Positions 17,702-28,500 of a stretch of DNA of 64,000 nt are shown here, piece after piece (positions within the stretch are counted from its first letter, which is position 1; every line of letters begins with the position of its first letter). The position numbers and the translations under genes are program-made. A model generated the notes under the pieces. The model saw only the letters and a program-made list of their open reading frames with translations, was not told the DNA's origin and did no database searches. Source of the stretch: an uncultured Odoribacter sp. (GTDB lineage Bacteria; Bacteroidota; Bacteroidia; Bacteroidales; Marinifilaceae); the NCBI GenBank assembly GCA_902461525.1, contig CABPYD010000001.1:246835-310834 (forward strand). The letters run 5' to 3'.

Positions 17702-19549
17702 ATGAAACGGAAATTGTCGATACTTTTGAGTTGCTGTTGCTGGGTTGCTGCAGTTGTTGCTCAGCCAATACAGGGTGGAAAGTTTTCTTTTTATTCTCCT
17801 TCCAAAGAAATTGTGATGCAGGTAGAGCATGCGGAAGGGATAATGAACTATGAGATTATATGTCGGGGACAGCAGATTTTATTGCCTTCCCGGCTTGTCT
17901 GGGGGGTAGATGGAAAGCGGTTGGGGGAACAGGTGAAGGAGGTCCGGGCAGGGAAAGGAAAGATGGTACGTACTTCTTTTCCGGTGATGGGAAATTGTGC
18001 TGTAGCGGAAAATAAATACCGGAATTATATTTTAGATATTGGCGAAAACGATGGAAAAACGTACAAGATGGAATTCCGGCTTTACGATCAGGGAGTTGCT
18101 TTTCGTTATCTGATCCATGAAGACCATACTGTACGGATAGACGATTATACTACTTTCAGGTTTCCGGCAGACGGTTGCTGTTGGTTGCAATCCAATGCCC
18201 GTTTTTATGAAGCTCCTTACCGGCGTTATGAATCCGGGCATTTCCCGGAAAAAGTAACGGCTGGTCCTCCGGTTACAGTGAAATACCCGGGAGGGGTATA
18301 TGCCTGTGTCACCGAAGGTGGGTTGGCTGATTTTGGAGGGATGGGTTTAAAGGTCATTGCTCCCGATTGTTTTCAGGCTGCTCCGGAGGGAGAAACCCGG
18401 TTGGCGGGGGATATTGCGACGCCTTGGAGGGTGATTATGATAGGTAATCTTAATAGCTTGGTAAACAATCAGATTGTGTCGGATGTATCGGCTCCGTTGT
18501 CTCCTGTGTTCCGTAGTTATACGGAATGGATCAAACCCGGTAATTGTGTGTGGAGTTGGTTGGCCGGGTATGGAGTAACTTTGGAAAATATGAAGCGTTT
18601 TACTGATTGGGCGGCAGAATTGGAGATTCCTTACAATCTGGTGGATGAAGGATGGAGCCATTGGCAGAATAAAGAGAAGGGACAGGACGCTTGGCAGATG
18701 GTGGCTGAACTGGTGGAATATGCTAAGAAAAAAGGTGTGAAGATCCTGTTGTGGAAGGCTTATCCGGATCGGAAAGGTATTGAGGGAATACAGACGCCTG
18801 AACGCAGGAGGGCCTTTTTCCGGAAATGTCAGGAATTAGGTGTTGCCGGACTCAAAATTGATTTCTTTGACCAGGAAAGTCAGACGGTAACCCGTTATTA
18901 TGAGGAGACTTTACGGGATGCTGCCGAATTCGGTCTGGTGATCAATTTTCATGGCTCGAACAAACCGACCGGATTGACCCGTACTTATCCGAATGAACTC
19001 AGCCGGGAGGCTATCCTGGGGTTGGAATATGGTTGTTCGGATGCCAGACAGGATGTAGTGACTCCTTTCACTCGTTTTCTGGCCGGACATGCTGATTATA
19101 CACCGATGGCTTTTGAAGAAGGGAGAATGGGAAATACGACCGAGGCTCACCAGATTGCGATGACTGCGGTGTTTCTGTCACCTTTGCGCTGTTATGGCGG
19201 ACGTCCGGAGGATTATGTGACTCATCCGGCCCGGGAAGTGTTCCTCTCTGTCCCGACGGTATGGGATGAAACTATTGTATTGCCGCCTAGTGAGATTGGA
19301 GAGTGTGTTGTTATGGCTCATCGTTCCGGTAAGGATTGGTTTGTGGCAGCTTTAACTGATCAGGAAAAAACAGAGATCTTTGTTCCTTTAACATTTTTGG
19401 GGAAGGGTAGTTATGAGGCTGATGTTGTGGCTGATGGCGAAGGAAAAAAATGTACTGTTTCACGCCATTCCTGTTCCCGTAAGGATAAGTTGACCATCCG
19501 TATGAAAGCAGGAGGTGGATTTTTGGCCCGTTTGCGTCAGGTTGAATGA
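17702..19549 (+). CDS. GH97 family glycoside hydrolase (alpha-glucosidase/alpha-galactosidase type), secreted
   Basis: The ORF opens at a TTG (17687). The ATG at 17702 gives MKRKLSILLSCCCWVAAVVAQ. A SusB-like N-terminal beta-sandwich is followed by 'YNLVDEGW' and 'AGLKIDFFD', both typical of the GH97 catalytic domain. Confidence 0.55.
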   Translation: MKRKLSILLSCCCWVAAVVAQPIQGGKFSFYSPSKEIVMQVEHAEGIMNYEIICRGQQILLPSRLVWGVDGKRLGEQVKEVRAGKGKMVRTSFPVMGNCAVAENKYRNYILDIGENDGKTYKMEFRLYDQGVAFRYLIHEDHTVRIDDYTTFRFPADGCCWLQSNARFYEAPYRRYESGHFPEKVTAGPPVTVKYPGGVYACVTEGGLADFGGMGLKVIAPDCFQAAPEGETRLAGDIATPWRVIMIGNLNSLVNNQIVSDVSAPLSPVFRSYTEWIKPGNCVWSWLAGYGVTLENMKRFTDWAAELEIPYNLVDEGWSHWQNKEKGQDAWQMVAELVEYAKKKGVKILLWKAYPDRKGIEGIQTPERRRAFFRKCQELGVAGLKIDFFDQESQTVTRYYEETLRDAAEFGLVINFHGSNKPTGLTRTYPNELSREAILGLEYGCSDARQDVVTPFTRFLAGHADYTPMAFEEGRMGNTTEAHQIAMTAVFLSPLRCYGGRPEDYVTHPAREVFLSVPTVWDETIVLPPSEIGECVVMAHRSGKDWFVAALTDQEKTEIFVPLTFLGKGSYEADVVADGEGKKCTVSRHSCSRKDKLTIRMKAGGGFLARLRQVE

Positions 19550-19701
19550 AGAATTGGATAGGAGATAATCCGAATCTTTTATGGGAAAATTTCAGTGAAT
19601 TGTTCTGTGGTTTCACCGGGATTAAAATTTTGGCAACCGCTTAGACTTTATAGGTATGATTGGATGGGGAATCGGGAAACGAATGGAAAATTGAAAAAAA
19701 A

Positions 19702-19731
19702 ATAGCACAAATGCCCCGTCCCCGTGTGCTA
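19702..19731. repeat. Intergenic hairpin repeat copy C (reverse orientation, one mismatch)
   Basis: The sequence atagcacaaatgccccgtccccgtgtgcta is the reverse complement of copy A with one substitution. It lies in the 257-bp spacer between the GH97 and GH43 genes. Confidence 0.65.
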
Positions 19732-19806
19732 AAACAATAAGAGAGTGTGGGCCAGGAATGGAATGTATAATCATGGAAAAAGAATAAAAACGAATAAACG
19801 GTTGAG

Positions 19807-21225
19807 ATGAAAACATATTATTTGAATCTTATATTCCGGACAGGGAGTTTTATTTTATTTGTTTGGGCAGGTGGTTGCAAGAGCGGGAATGATGGGGATA
19901 CTTCTTTACCTGCAACGGCAGTTAACCGTATGCTTAACCCCATTTGTCCTCCGGGCCTATACATTGCTGATCCCGAAGTGAGACAGATGCCTGACGGAAG
20001 AATTTATGTGTATGGTTCGCGTGATGTACCGGGCAATGCGTGGTGTTCCCATGCTTATCACGTGCTTTCTACGACTGATCTGGTCAATTGGGAAGTGGAA
20101 CAATTTTCATTTGCCACGCAGGGAATAGGAAAACAAGCGGATTATACCGATCGGGTTCTTTATGCTCCGGATTGTATTTATCATGACGGAAGGTACTATC
20201 TGTATTATTGTCTGGCCAGTGACGGAGAGAATGAGGGGGTTGCTGTGGCTTCTTCTCCTTACGGTCCTTTCCGGGACGGGAAAGCAATCAAGGGTATTAC
20301 GGGGATTGATCCTTCAGTTTTTATAGACGATGACGGACAAGCATATTTGTTTTGGGGACAAGGATATGCCAAAGGGGCCCGGTTGAGCAAGGATATGCTG
20401 TCGATTGAAGGGGAGGTACATGATAGTTTGCTCACTTATGAAACCCATGCTTTCAATGAGGCCAGTTCGGTTCGCAAACGGAATGGGATATATTATTATG
20501 TGTATGGCGGACATCAGCGGCATGGGGAGTCGAATTGTGCAACCCTGAATTATGCTACGGCGACTTCTCCTTTAGGACCTTATACTTTCCGGGGAGTGAT
20601 TATTGACAATTGGGGAAGTGGCCGGAATTTAGTAAACAACCACGGTTGTATTGTTGAAATAAACGGACAATGGTATGTCGCTTATCATCGTCCTACCCAT
20701 GCCAGTTCGACTATGCGGAAGGCTTGTCTGGAACCCATTACGTTTAATCCGGATGGGACGATACCCGAAGTGGAGATGACTACGCAGGGGGCAGGCGGTC
20801 CGATTTCACCTTTCTACCGGATGGAAGCTGCACGGGCTTGCCTGATGTCCGGACATGTGATGGTAACGGTACGGCGGCCGGAACACGATATTCCGGTGGA
20901 ATATTTAGCCGGAATACGGGATGGGGATTATGCTTATTGGAAGTATTATGATTTTTCCGATTCGGGGGTCGGACATTTTGTTTGTAAAACCTGGGGGCAG
21001 AATCTGGCAGTCCGTATAGGGATCCGGCTGGACAGTCCGAAAGGGGAATTGATTGGCGTATGTGATATTGACCCGATGCAGGGAGAGACAGCCTATGCAA
21101 TTCACAGAACGAAAATCAGGGAGGTTACCGGGCGTCATGCGCTGGTGCTGGTGTTTAAAGCACTGGATGAAAAGGATAAGGGAAAGGATTTACTGAACCT
21201 GGAGTGGTTCCGGTTTGAAAAGTAA
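19807..21225 (+). CDS. GH43 family glycoside hydrolase with C-terminal CBM-like beta-sandwich, lipoprotein
   Basis: The signal is MKTYYLNLIFRTGSFILFVWAGGC (lipobox). 'LYIADPEVRQMPDGRIYVYGSRD', 'YAPDCIYHDGRYYLYY' and 'DLVNW' are GH43 propeller motifs. Confidence 0.7.
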   Translation: MKTYYLNLIFRTGSFILFVWAGGCKSGNDGDTSLPATAVNRMLNPICPPGLYIADPEVRQMPDGRIYVYGSRDVPGNAWCSHAYHVLSTTDLVNWEVEQFSFATQGIGKQADYTDRVLYAPDCIYHDGRYYLYYCLASDGENEGVAVASSPYGPFRDGKAIKGITGIDPSVFIDDDGQAYLFWGQGYAKGARLSKDMLSIEGEVHDSLLTYETHAFNEASSVRKRNGIYYYVYGGHQRHGESNCATLNYATATSPLGPYTFRGVIIDNWGSGRNLVNNHGCIVEINGQWYVAYHRPTHASSTMRKACLEPITFNPDGTIPEVEMTTQGAGGPISPFYRMEAARACLMSGHVMVTVRRPEHDIPVEYLAGIRDGDYAYWKYYDFSDSGVGHFVCKTWGQNLAVRIGIRLDSPKGELIGVCDIDPMQGETAYAIHRTKIREVTGRHALVLVFKALDEKDKGKDLLNLEWFRFEK

Positions 21226-21286
21226 CAGGAACTATCGGGGATGGACGATAATTGAACATTCGGACAATTGGATAAAATAAAAATCA

Positions 21287-23560
21287 ATGAAAAGAAAGTA
21301 CATTGGAATATTATTGGGGATAATGCTAACCTTGCATTGTAATGCCGGGAGAAATTGGGATTTTAAAACCAGGTATTTGGGTATGCGTGTAAACGACCGT
21401 GGGTATATAGTCAGCCTGAAAAACATCATGGTGAAGCCTGCGCCTGAATTCAGTCCTGCCGATAAACCTTCTCCGTTATTGTCGTTGTATGATAGCCGGA
21501 AGAAAGTATATTATATGCCCAGTAAAGCTCTGTACGATAAACATAAAGGGCGTTTCACCTTGGAATATCCCAATGGATCCTGTGCTGAGGTCAGCTTACA
21601 ACCTTGTGGCAAATATTTCAGACTGACTTTGGAAAAGTTGGCTCCCCGGAATGGGATAGACGCTATCCAATGGGGACCTTACCATACCAATATTACGAAT
21701 TTATTGGGTGAAATAATCGGGGTTGCGAGGGATACCAGTGACCGGGTGAATTATTGTATCGGAGTACTGGCACTCGACGATAATACGTTGGGGGGAACAG
21801 CGGACGTAGAAGGAGATGCAGCTCCTTTTCAGTATATCATTCATACACCGGACCCTGTTCGTTATCCTCTTCCAGCCCATTTGCATGAGGGGCAAGTGTT
21901 TACTTTGGGTGGAAACGGGATCAGCGATGTTGCCTTTTATGCCAACAAAGAGCCTTGGTACCGGATTATGTATGGGAATGCCGCTTTGGTTGACAGCCTG
22001 GGACGGATTTATCTGAATTATCATTCCCGTGACAGATCATTGCGGAGAACCGTATATTATTCTTTGATCCCTAATATGGCAGCCAATACACCTAACCACA
22101 TTGATGTAGAACCTTTGCCAGGGGTGGATTTTATCGGTTCGTCTGTGGCTTTATGGGGAAGTCCCGACAGTACGGCTTTGATGGATGTCATTCAGGAGGT
22201 GGTGCTGGCAGAAGGATTGCCCTACCCTACGGTACGGGGGAAATGGATCAAAGATCCGGCCGCATATTGTCCGGACTTGATGACCAGTGGCCGACAGTAT
22301 GATAGTATAGTTTCGTATGCTTCGCGTTTGGGGTTTACGGCAATTCATGCCTATGATCAGGGATTCTTGCGTCCTGACCGGTCAAACGGGGGATATATTG
22401 ACGGAAAAAACTTTGAACGGAAGCCTTTCCGGTTGCAATCGGGCAATAAATCTCACCGGGAATATGCTGCATGTGCTGCTGAAAAAGGAATTATGCTGGG
22501 ACGGGTGAATATTACCAATTCCTTGGCTCCGGGAACCTGGGACGCCAGTCCCCGGCCTGGTGACAGTTTGTGTTACCAGCAGAAAAGAGTGTTAATGAAA
22601 ACCATTACCGCTACTGATACTGCCATTGTGATTGATGACCCCACCTGGCTGGATGAAATAGCCAGTTGGGAAGGACATTGTCCGGAACTGAATATGGTGA
22701 AGATCGGACAGGAATTGATACACTATCTGGGAGTTACCGATACGCCCCCTTATACACTGAAACAGGTCACCCGGGGATATTGGGGAACTAAGCCAGAGGT
22801 TCACGAGGCCGGCGATACGGTTTATAAATTGCAGGTGACTATCCGTTACGGTTATGAAGGTTTGATTCCTAATATGGCCCTTCAGGATAAAATAGCGGAA
22901 TATTATGCAGAGGTGGCAGCTATCAACGGGGTGACATTATATGATTTCGACGGGCAGGAGTTTTTGTTCAACAATGGACACGGTTATTATTCGGCCAAGC
23001 GTTTTTTCCGGAAAATGTTTACCCGGGCAGCAGAACTGGGTGTCCCTTATATTCGTTTTTCGGGAGCTACCCTTTCCGAAGGCTCCTGGCATTATCAAAG
23101 TGTGTGGAATGTGGGGGGAGGACGTAACCTGTATGATCTGGACACACGTGAATGGGGAAGTACCACCAGTCAGGGCAAGGATTTGCGGGATGTCACTTAT
23201 TCCAATTTCTTTCCCGTTTCTTTCGGGGGAAACTTTGCCATCAAAGATACTTCCACTGTGGAACAATATGAACACATCCAGGCTATGGCTGTGGGATATG
23301 GAGCGACTTATTTTCTGTCAATCAATCAAAAGGATGTGGAAAGTTGCCCGCAAAAAGACCGGATATTCCGGGCCATCCGAACCTGGGAAGAGGCCCGCCG
23401 TGCCAATGCTTTTCCGCGGCAACTCAAAAAAATGCTGAGAAACCCGGGCTATGACTGGACTTTGGAAGCAGGTACCGACGGGAATAGTTGGACCTTGTAC
23501 CGACTCGATCATGGAAAAAAGGTAGAGGCCTATGCGTTGAAAAGGGCCGAAATGTATTAA
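21287..23560 (+). CDS. Uncharacterised secreted protein (757 aa); possible novel CAZyme
   Basis: A long ORF opens with a clean signal peptide MKRKYIGILLGIMLTLHCNA. No family motif was recognised by eye. It sits among glycoside hydrolase genes. Confidence 0.5.
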   Translation: MKRKYIGILLGIMLTLHCNAGRNWDFKTRYLGMRVNDRGYIVSLKNIMVKPAPEFSPADKPSPLLSLYDSRKKVYYMPSKALYDKHKGRFTLEYPNGSCAEVSLQPCGKYFRLTLEKLAPRNGIDAIQWGPYHTNITNLLGEIIGVARDTSDRVNYCIGVLALDDNTLGGTADVEGDAAPFQYIIHTPDPVRYPLPAHLHEGQVFTLGGNGISDVAFYANKEPWYRIMYGNAALVDSLGRIYLNYHSRDRSLRRTVYYSLIPNMAANTPNHIDVEPLPGVDFIGSSVALWGSPDSTALMDVIQEVVLAEGLPYPTVRGKWIKDPAAYCPDLMTSGRQYDSIVSYASRLGFTAIHAYDQGFLRPDRSNGGYIDGKNFERKPFRLQSGNKSHREYAACAAEKGIMLGRVNITNSLAPGTWDASPRPGDSLCYQQKRVLMKTITATDTAIVIDDPTWLDEIASWEGHCPELNMVKIGQELIHYLGVTDTPPYTLKQVTRGYWGTKPEVHEAGDTVYKLQVTIRYGYEGLIPNMALQDKIAEYYAEVAAINGVTLYDFDGQEFLFNNGHGYYSAKRFFRKMFTRAAELGVPYIRFSGATLSEGSWHYQSVWNVGGGRNLYDLDTREWGSTTSQGKDLRDVTYSNFFPVSFGGNFAIKDTSTVEQYEHIQAMAVGYGATYFLSINQKDVESCPQKDRIFRAIRTWEEARRANAFPRQLKKMLRNPGYDWTLEAGTDGNSWTLYRLDHGKKVEAYALKRAEMY

Positions 23561-23579
23561 CAATACCACTTCCCTGGTA

Positions 23580-24128
23580 TCAGGAGAGTAACCAAAGCAA
23601 CAGACTGGCAGGCAAATAGTCTGCCAGTTCTTTTTTCAGGCTTTTCAGGGCGACTTCGATGTGTTTTTCTACGGTACGGGGGGATAACCCCAATTCCGAC
23701 GCTATGGTTGCAGCTGTTTTGTGGTCGAAACGGCTCATCAGGAATATTTTGCGGGCCTGAGGGGGAAGGTGGTTGATAGCGGTTTCTATGTGCTGTCTGA
23801 GTTCTGCTTCCACGTAATATTCCCAGGTGAGCAGACCGGTGATATCTCCCTGCTGCAGTATTTTTTCCTGATAATCGTTCCGGATTTTCAGATGAGTCAG
23901 GTAATTTAAAGCGCGGTTACGGATGGAGGCAAATAAGTAGGCTTTGATATTTTCAGTTTCAAGTAAGCGGCCATTTTCCCAGAGATAGATAAAGAGGTCA
24001 TGAACCAGGTCTTCTGCATTTCCCCGGTCACCTGTAAGGTGGCTGGCGTACACTATCAGGCCGCTGTAATATTGGTTGAACAGGGCTTCAAATTTCTGAT
24101 AATTGTCATTATTAGCCATGAAAAGCAT
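23580..24128 (-). CDS. RNA polymerase ECF-type sigma-70 factor (Bacteroides PUL-associated sigma/anti-sigma class)
   Basis: Sigma-70 region 2 ('DLVHDLFIYLWE') and region 4 ('KTAATIASELGLSPRTVEKHIEVALKSLKKEL') are present. The ORF opens at a GTG. In-frame ATGs at 24128 or 24119 are the likely starts. Confidence 0.8.
   Translation of the reverse strand: MLFMANNDNYQKFEALFNQYYSGLIVYASHLTGDRGNAEDLVHDLFIYLWENGRLLETENIKAYLFASIRNRALNYLTHLKIRNDYQEKILQQGDITGLLTWEYYVEAELRQHIETAINHLPPQARKIFLMSRFDHKTAATIASELGLSPRTVEKHIEVALKSLKKELADYLPASLLLWLLS
23604..23636 (+). terminator. Rho-independent terminator hairpin for the 21287..23560 gene (lies within the 3' end of the convergent sigma-factor CDS)
   Basis: An 8-bp stem actggcag/ctgccagt with a 9-nt loop is followed by tcTTTTTT. 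Confidence 0.4.
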
Positions 24129-24289
24129 TGTGTAATAAATTCTCACTTACGCAAAGAAAGGGATAAAATACGGATTCATCAAAGAAAAGTGATTTTTTTA
24201 GACTTTTTTACTACGTATATTTTGATTGAGAATTGTATCTATAATAGAACAAAGAAATAAAAAATCGAAAAGAGATAGAATACTGTTTT

Positions 24290-25366
24290 ATGGAAGACAA
24301 TCGAAATATAGAAAAACGGAAAGAAACTGAGTTGGAAGAAGCCCTGCAATTATGGATGGAAATCAGAGGGGTAGATCGGGAAAAGGGGTGGAAGCGGTTG
24401 AAGATTGCGTTACCATTAGCCGGAGACCGGCATGTCGGAGGCAATAACTTGAGGGGATTCAGGAAAATAGCGGCAGTGATTGTTTTATTACTGGCAGTTG
24501 GGGGTGGTTATTGGTTATGGCGGGAGACCGGAAAAGAAATGGCGGAATCTACGGTGGTAGTCACTCAGGGACAGCCCCGCTTAATTTTAAATAACGGACA
24601 GCAAATTCCTTTGGGAAAGGGGGAAGATGTGCCAGAGACATCCGAAGTGGAGGGCATCCGGATTGACCGGAAGGATAAAAGGATTGTGTATGCAGCCACA
24701 GATTCGGTTGTAGGCGGAACTTTAGACTATAATACTTTGGAAATCCCGCGTGGGACTGAATATAAATTGATACTGGCCGATGGTACGCAGGTGTGGTTGA
24801 ATGCACAGACGCGATTGCGCTATCCGGTGAGCTTTGGATCCGGAGAACGTCGGGTGTATTTAGAAGGAGAAGCTTATTTTGAAGTGACCAAAGATGCAGG
24901 ACGGCCTTTCCGGGTGGAATCGGCAGCACAAACTGTGGAAGTATTGGGTACACAGTTTAATGTATATGCTTATCCGGACGAGCAGCAAGTGTATACTACT
25001 TTAGTTGAAGGAAGCGTGGCTGTGACGGCTGTTGGTTCAGGAAAGCAAATGAACCTGAAACCCGGGGAACAGACCGTAGTGGAAGCTGAACATGGGGATA
25101 TGGCCAAGAGTAAGGTAAACATAGAAGAAGTGATTTCCTGGAAAAATGGCATGTTTGTATTTGATGATCAATCGTTGGAAATCATTTTGGGGAAGGTGGC
25201 CCGATGGTATGATGTGGAAGTTTTCTATAAAAATGTGCAGGCAAAAACACTCGTTTTTAAAGGAAATCTTCCCCGTTACGGAGAATTATCAGAATTGCTG
25301 AAAGTTTTGGAAAGTGGTAGTCAGGTCCGTTTTGCTGTGAAAGGACGTTCTTTGGTTGTGGAATAA
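24290..25366 (+). CDS. FecR-family anti-sigma factor (transmembrane sensor)
   Basis: A cytoplasmic N-terminus is followed by a single TM ('AAVIVLLLAVGGGYWLW'). The FecR domain includes 'KLILADGTQVWLNAQTRLRYPVSFGSGERRVYLEGEAYFEV'. Confidence 0.8.
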   Translation: MEDNRNIEKRKETELEEALQLWMEIRGVDREKGWKRLKIALPLAGDRHVGGNNLRGFRKIAAVIVLLLAVGGGYWLWRETGKEMAESTVVVTQGQPRLILNNGQQIPLGKGEDVPETSEVEGIRIDRKDKRIVYAATDSVVGGTLDYNTLEIPRGTEYKLILADGTQVWLNAQTRLRYPVSFGSGERRVYLEGEAYFEVTKDAGRPFRVESAAQTVEVLGTQFNVYAYPDEQQVYTTLVEGSVAVTAVGSGKQMNLKPGEQTVVEAEHGDMAKSKVNIEEVISWKNGMFVFDDQSLEIILGKVARWYDVEVFYKNVQAKTLVFKGNLPRYGELSELLKVLESGSQVRFAVKGRSLVVE

Positions 25367-25527
25367 TAAAAAAGGAGAGGAAAAAGTTGGTCGCTTTTCC
25401 CTCTTCATACAATAAAGCATCTGTTGGTCGCAGATGTATTGTTTAATTAATGTGTTACAAAATTATGAAAAAAAGTGCAATGTGCGGCTATTCTCCTTCG
25501 GGAAAATGGCAGAGAATTCTCTTAGTC

Positions 25528-28500
25528 ATGAAATTAAAGATCTTTTTTCTTCTGTGTTGTTTGGGAAGCTTGCAGGCAGGGGTGTATTCTCAGGTAAATC
25601 AGTTCAGTGTTCAAAAAACGGATGTATTGGTGACCGAAGTACTGGAAGAATTACAAAGTCGGTCTGATTACCGTTTTTTTTATCAGAAAGGAATATTTGG
25701 GGAAAATGACCGGGTAAGTGTTGATTTTGAAAATGCTTCATTGCAGCAAGTGTTGGATGAAGTACTTGTGAAACGGGGATTTGGATATGAGATTATCGAT
25801 AAGGTCATTACGATACGCAGACTTCAGCAGCAAAAAAACACCAAGATTCAAATCAAAGGTTTGGTGACGGATACCAAAAAACAACCTTTACCGGGAGTGA
25901 CGGTGATGATCAAAGGGACCAGTTTGGGTACTGTGACTGATGCGGAAGGACACTATGTTTTGACAATCCCGCAGAGAGACGAACTGGTTTTGGTATTTTC
26001 GTTTGTAGGGATGAATTCCCGGGAAGTTACTTACAAGGGAGAACAAGAATTGAATGTGGAACTGGAAGAAAAGGTCGCCGAGATGGACGAGGTGGTAGTG
26101 ACCGGAATTTTTCAGAAGTCACAGGCTAGTTTTACCGGGTCGGCGACAACAGTTACCGCCAAGGAATTGCAGCAATTCGGGAACCGGAATTTATTACAAT
26201 CCCTGCATAATATCGATCCGTCGATTAATATTATCGAAAACAATGCCTTTGGTTCCAATCCGAATAAATTACCGGAGGTGCAAATCCGGGGAAATTCCAG
26301 TATTCCGAATGTAGATGAATTGAAAGATCAGACCCGGGTGGATTTGAATACTCCTTTGATTGTCCTGGATGGTTTTGAGACTACCTTGCAGAAATTGATC
26401 GATATCAATGAAAATGAAGTGGAGACACTGACTATTTTAAAAGATGCTTCGGCCACTGCTATTTATGGTTCGCGGGGAGCCAACGGGGTAATTGTCATAA
26501 CGACCAAAAAACCGGCTATGGGACAGTTGCGGGTCTCTTATAAAGGGGATGTCAACATAGAGATACCTGATTTGACGGGATACGATCTGCTGGAGGCCCG
26601 TGAAAAACTGGAATTGGAAAAACGGGTGGGATTGTATTCGAAACCTTCCAATCCCGATCAGGATTGGAGACTACAGCGTTATTACAGTTATTTGCTCGAT
26701 GAAGTGAATAGCGGGGTGAATACCTATTGGTTGTCGAAGCCTTTGCAGACTTCAGTGGGACAGCGCCATGCCCTGAAAGTGGAAGGAGGGGATAAATCTT
26801 TCCGGTATTCGGCTTCTCTGCAATGGAATGATATCCGGGGAGTGATGAAGGAATCGTATCGGAAAACATTTAATGGTGCGATTCAACTTTCTTATTACTG
26901 GAAGAACCTGAAATTTTCCAATAATCTGATGATCAGTGCCGGAAAACGGCAGGAATCGCCTTATGGAGATTTCAGTGAATATGCTAAAATGAATCCATAC
27001 TGGCGTACACATGACGAAAATGGAAAAATATTGAAACGCTTGGGTAATTCGGGAGAGAGCGATTATGCCTTCCGTTGGTCGCGTTTGCCTGTTAATCCAT
27101 TGTATAATGCCACTTTGAATACTTATGACCGGGGAAATAATACAGACATAACCAACAATTTTATGTTGGAATGGAAGGTGTTGGAAACTCTGGATCTGCG
27201 TGGGCGTTTCGGGATTACAAAGAATACCGATGAAACCCGGGTTTTCAAACCGGCTGATCATACCGATTTTGCTGATTATTCGGAAGATGATATGTTTCGG
27301 AAGGGAACTTATGCTTATGGTATTTCCAATAGTTTCAGTTATGAAGGAAGTTTGAATCTTGCTTATCATCAGTCTTTTGGAAAACATTTGCTGGTGGCAG
27401 GTGTGGATGTGAATTTACGGGAAGGCCGCTCCAGGAGTTCCAGCTTTAAAGCAGAAGGGTTTACAAACGAAAATTTTGACGATATTTCCAGTGCCCTGCA
27501 ATATGAGAAAAACGGTAAGCCTTCGGGGGCTGAATCGACCGTGCGTTCTGTCGGTTTTACGGGAAATGTCAACTATACTTACGACAATCGTTATTTTGCT
27601 GACTTGTCGGGAAGAATGGATGGTTCATCGCAATTCGGTAGCAACAAGCGTTTCGCTCCTTTCTGGGCGGTTGGGATCGGTTGGAATATGCACAACGAGT
27701 CGTTCCTGAAAGAAGTTTCCTGGGTCAATATGCTGAAGTTACGTTTTTCTGTCGGAACTTCCGGTTCCCAGCATTTCAATGCATATCAGGCAATTCAGAC
27801 TTACCGTTATTTCCTGGATGATAAATATTATGCGTGGAACGGGAGTTCTTTGATTGCCATGGGAAATCCTGACCTGAAATGGCAGCAAAAACGGGATTAT
27901 AATATCGGTTTGGATGTGAAGTTGTGGGATAACCGCATTACGATCGGAGGGGATTTCTATATCGCTAAGACCAATGACCTGATTTCGACCCTGACTTTGC
28001 CGGCAGCCAACGGTTTTACAACTTACATTGAAAATATCGGTTCCCTGAAAAATACTGGTTATGAATTGCGTCTGAGTGCTTATGTGCTCCGGAAAGACCA
28101 GATGAGCTGGTCGGTTTCGTTTGCAGGTATACACAATAAGAATAAAATTGTAGAGGTTTCGCAAGCTTTGCTGGATGCGCAGAATGCAATAGAGTCCGAG
28201 GATCTGGTTAATCCGAATGTACAGTTTCGCCCTGGTTACTCAAGCAATACGATCTGGACAGTCCGGTCGGCGGGTATTGATCCGGGAACCGGAAAAGAAG
28301 TGTTTATCAGCCGGGATGGCAACCGCACTTACAATTGGAGTGCTTCCGATATAGTGGCCACGGGAGTGAGTGATCCCAAATTAGAAGGAAATATATCCAG
28401 TATGTTCCGCTATAAAGGCCTGTCATTGAATGTCTCCTTCGGATATCGTTTTGGAGGGCAGATATACAATAGTACACTGGCTAATAAAGTGGAAGTATCC

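Noticed and set aside
25450-25527. Upstream ATGs (25450, 25465, 25480) as the SusC start
   Set aside because: These N-terminal extensions are not hydrophobic. The ATG at 25528 begins a canonical signal peptide (MKLKIFFLLCCLGSLQAGVYSQ).
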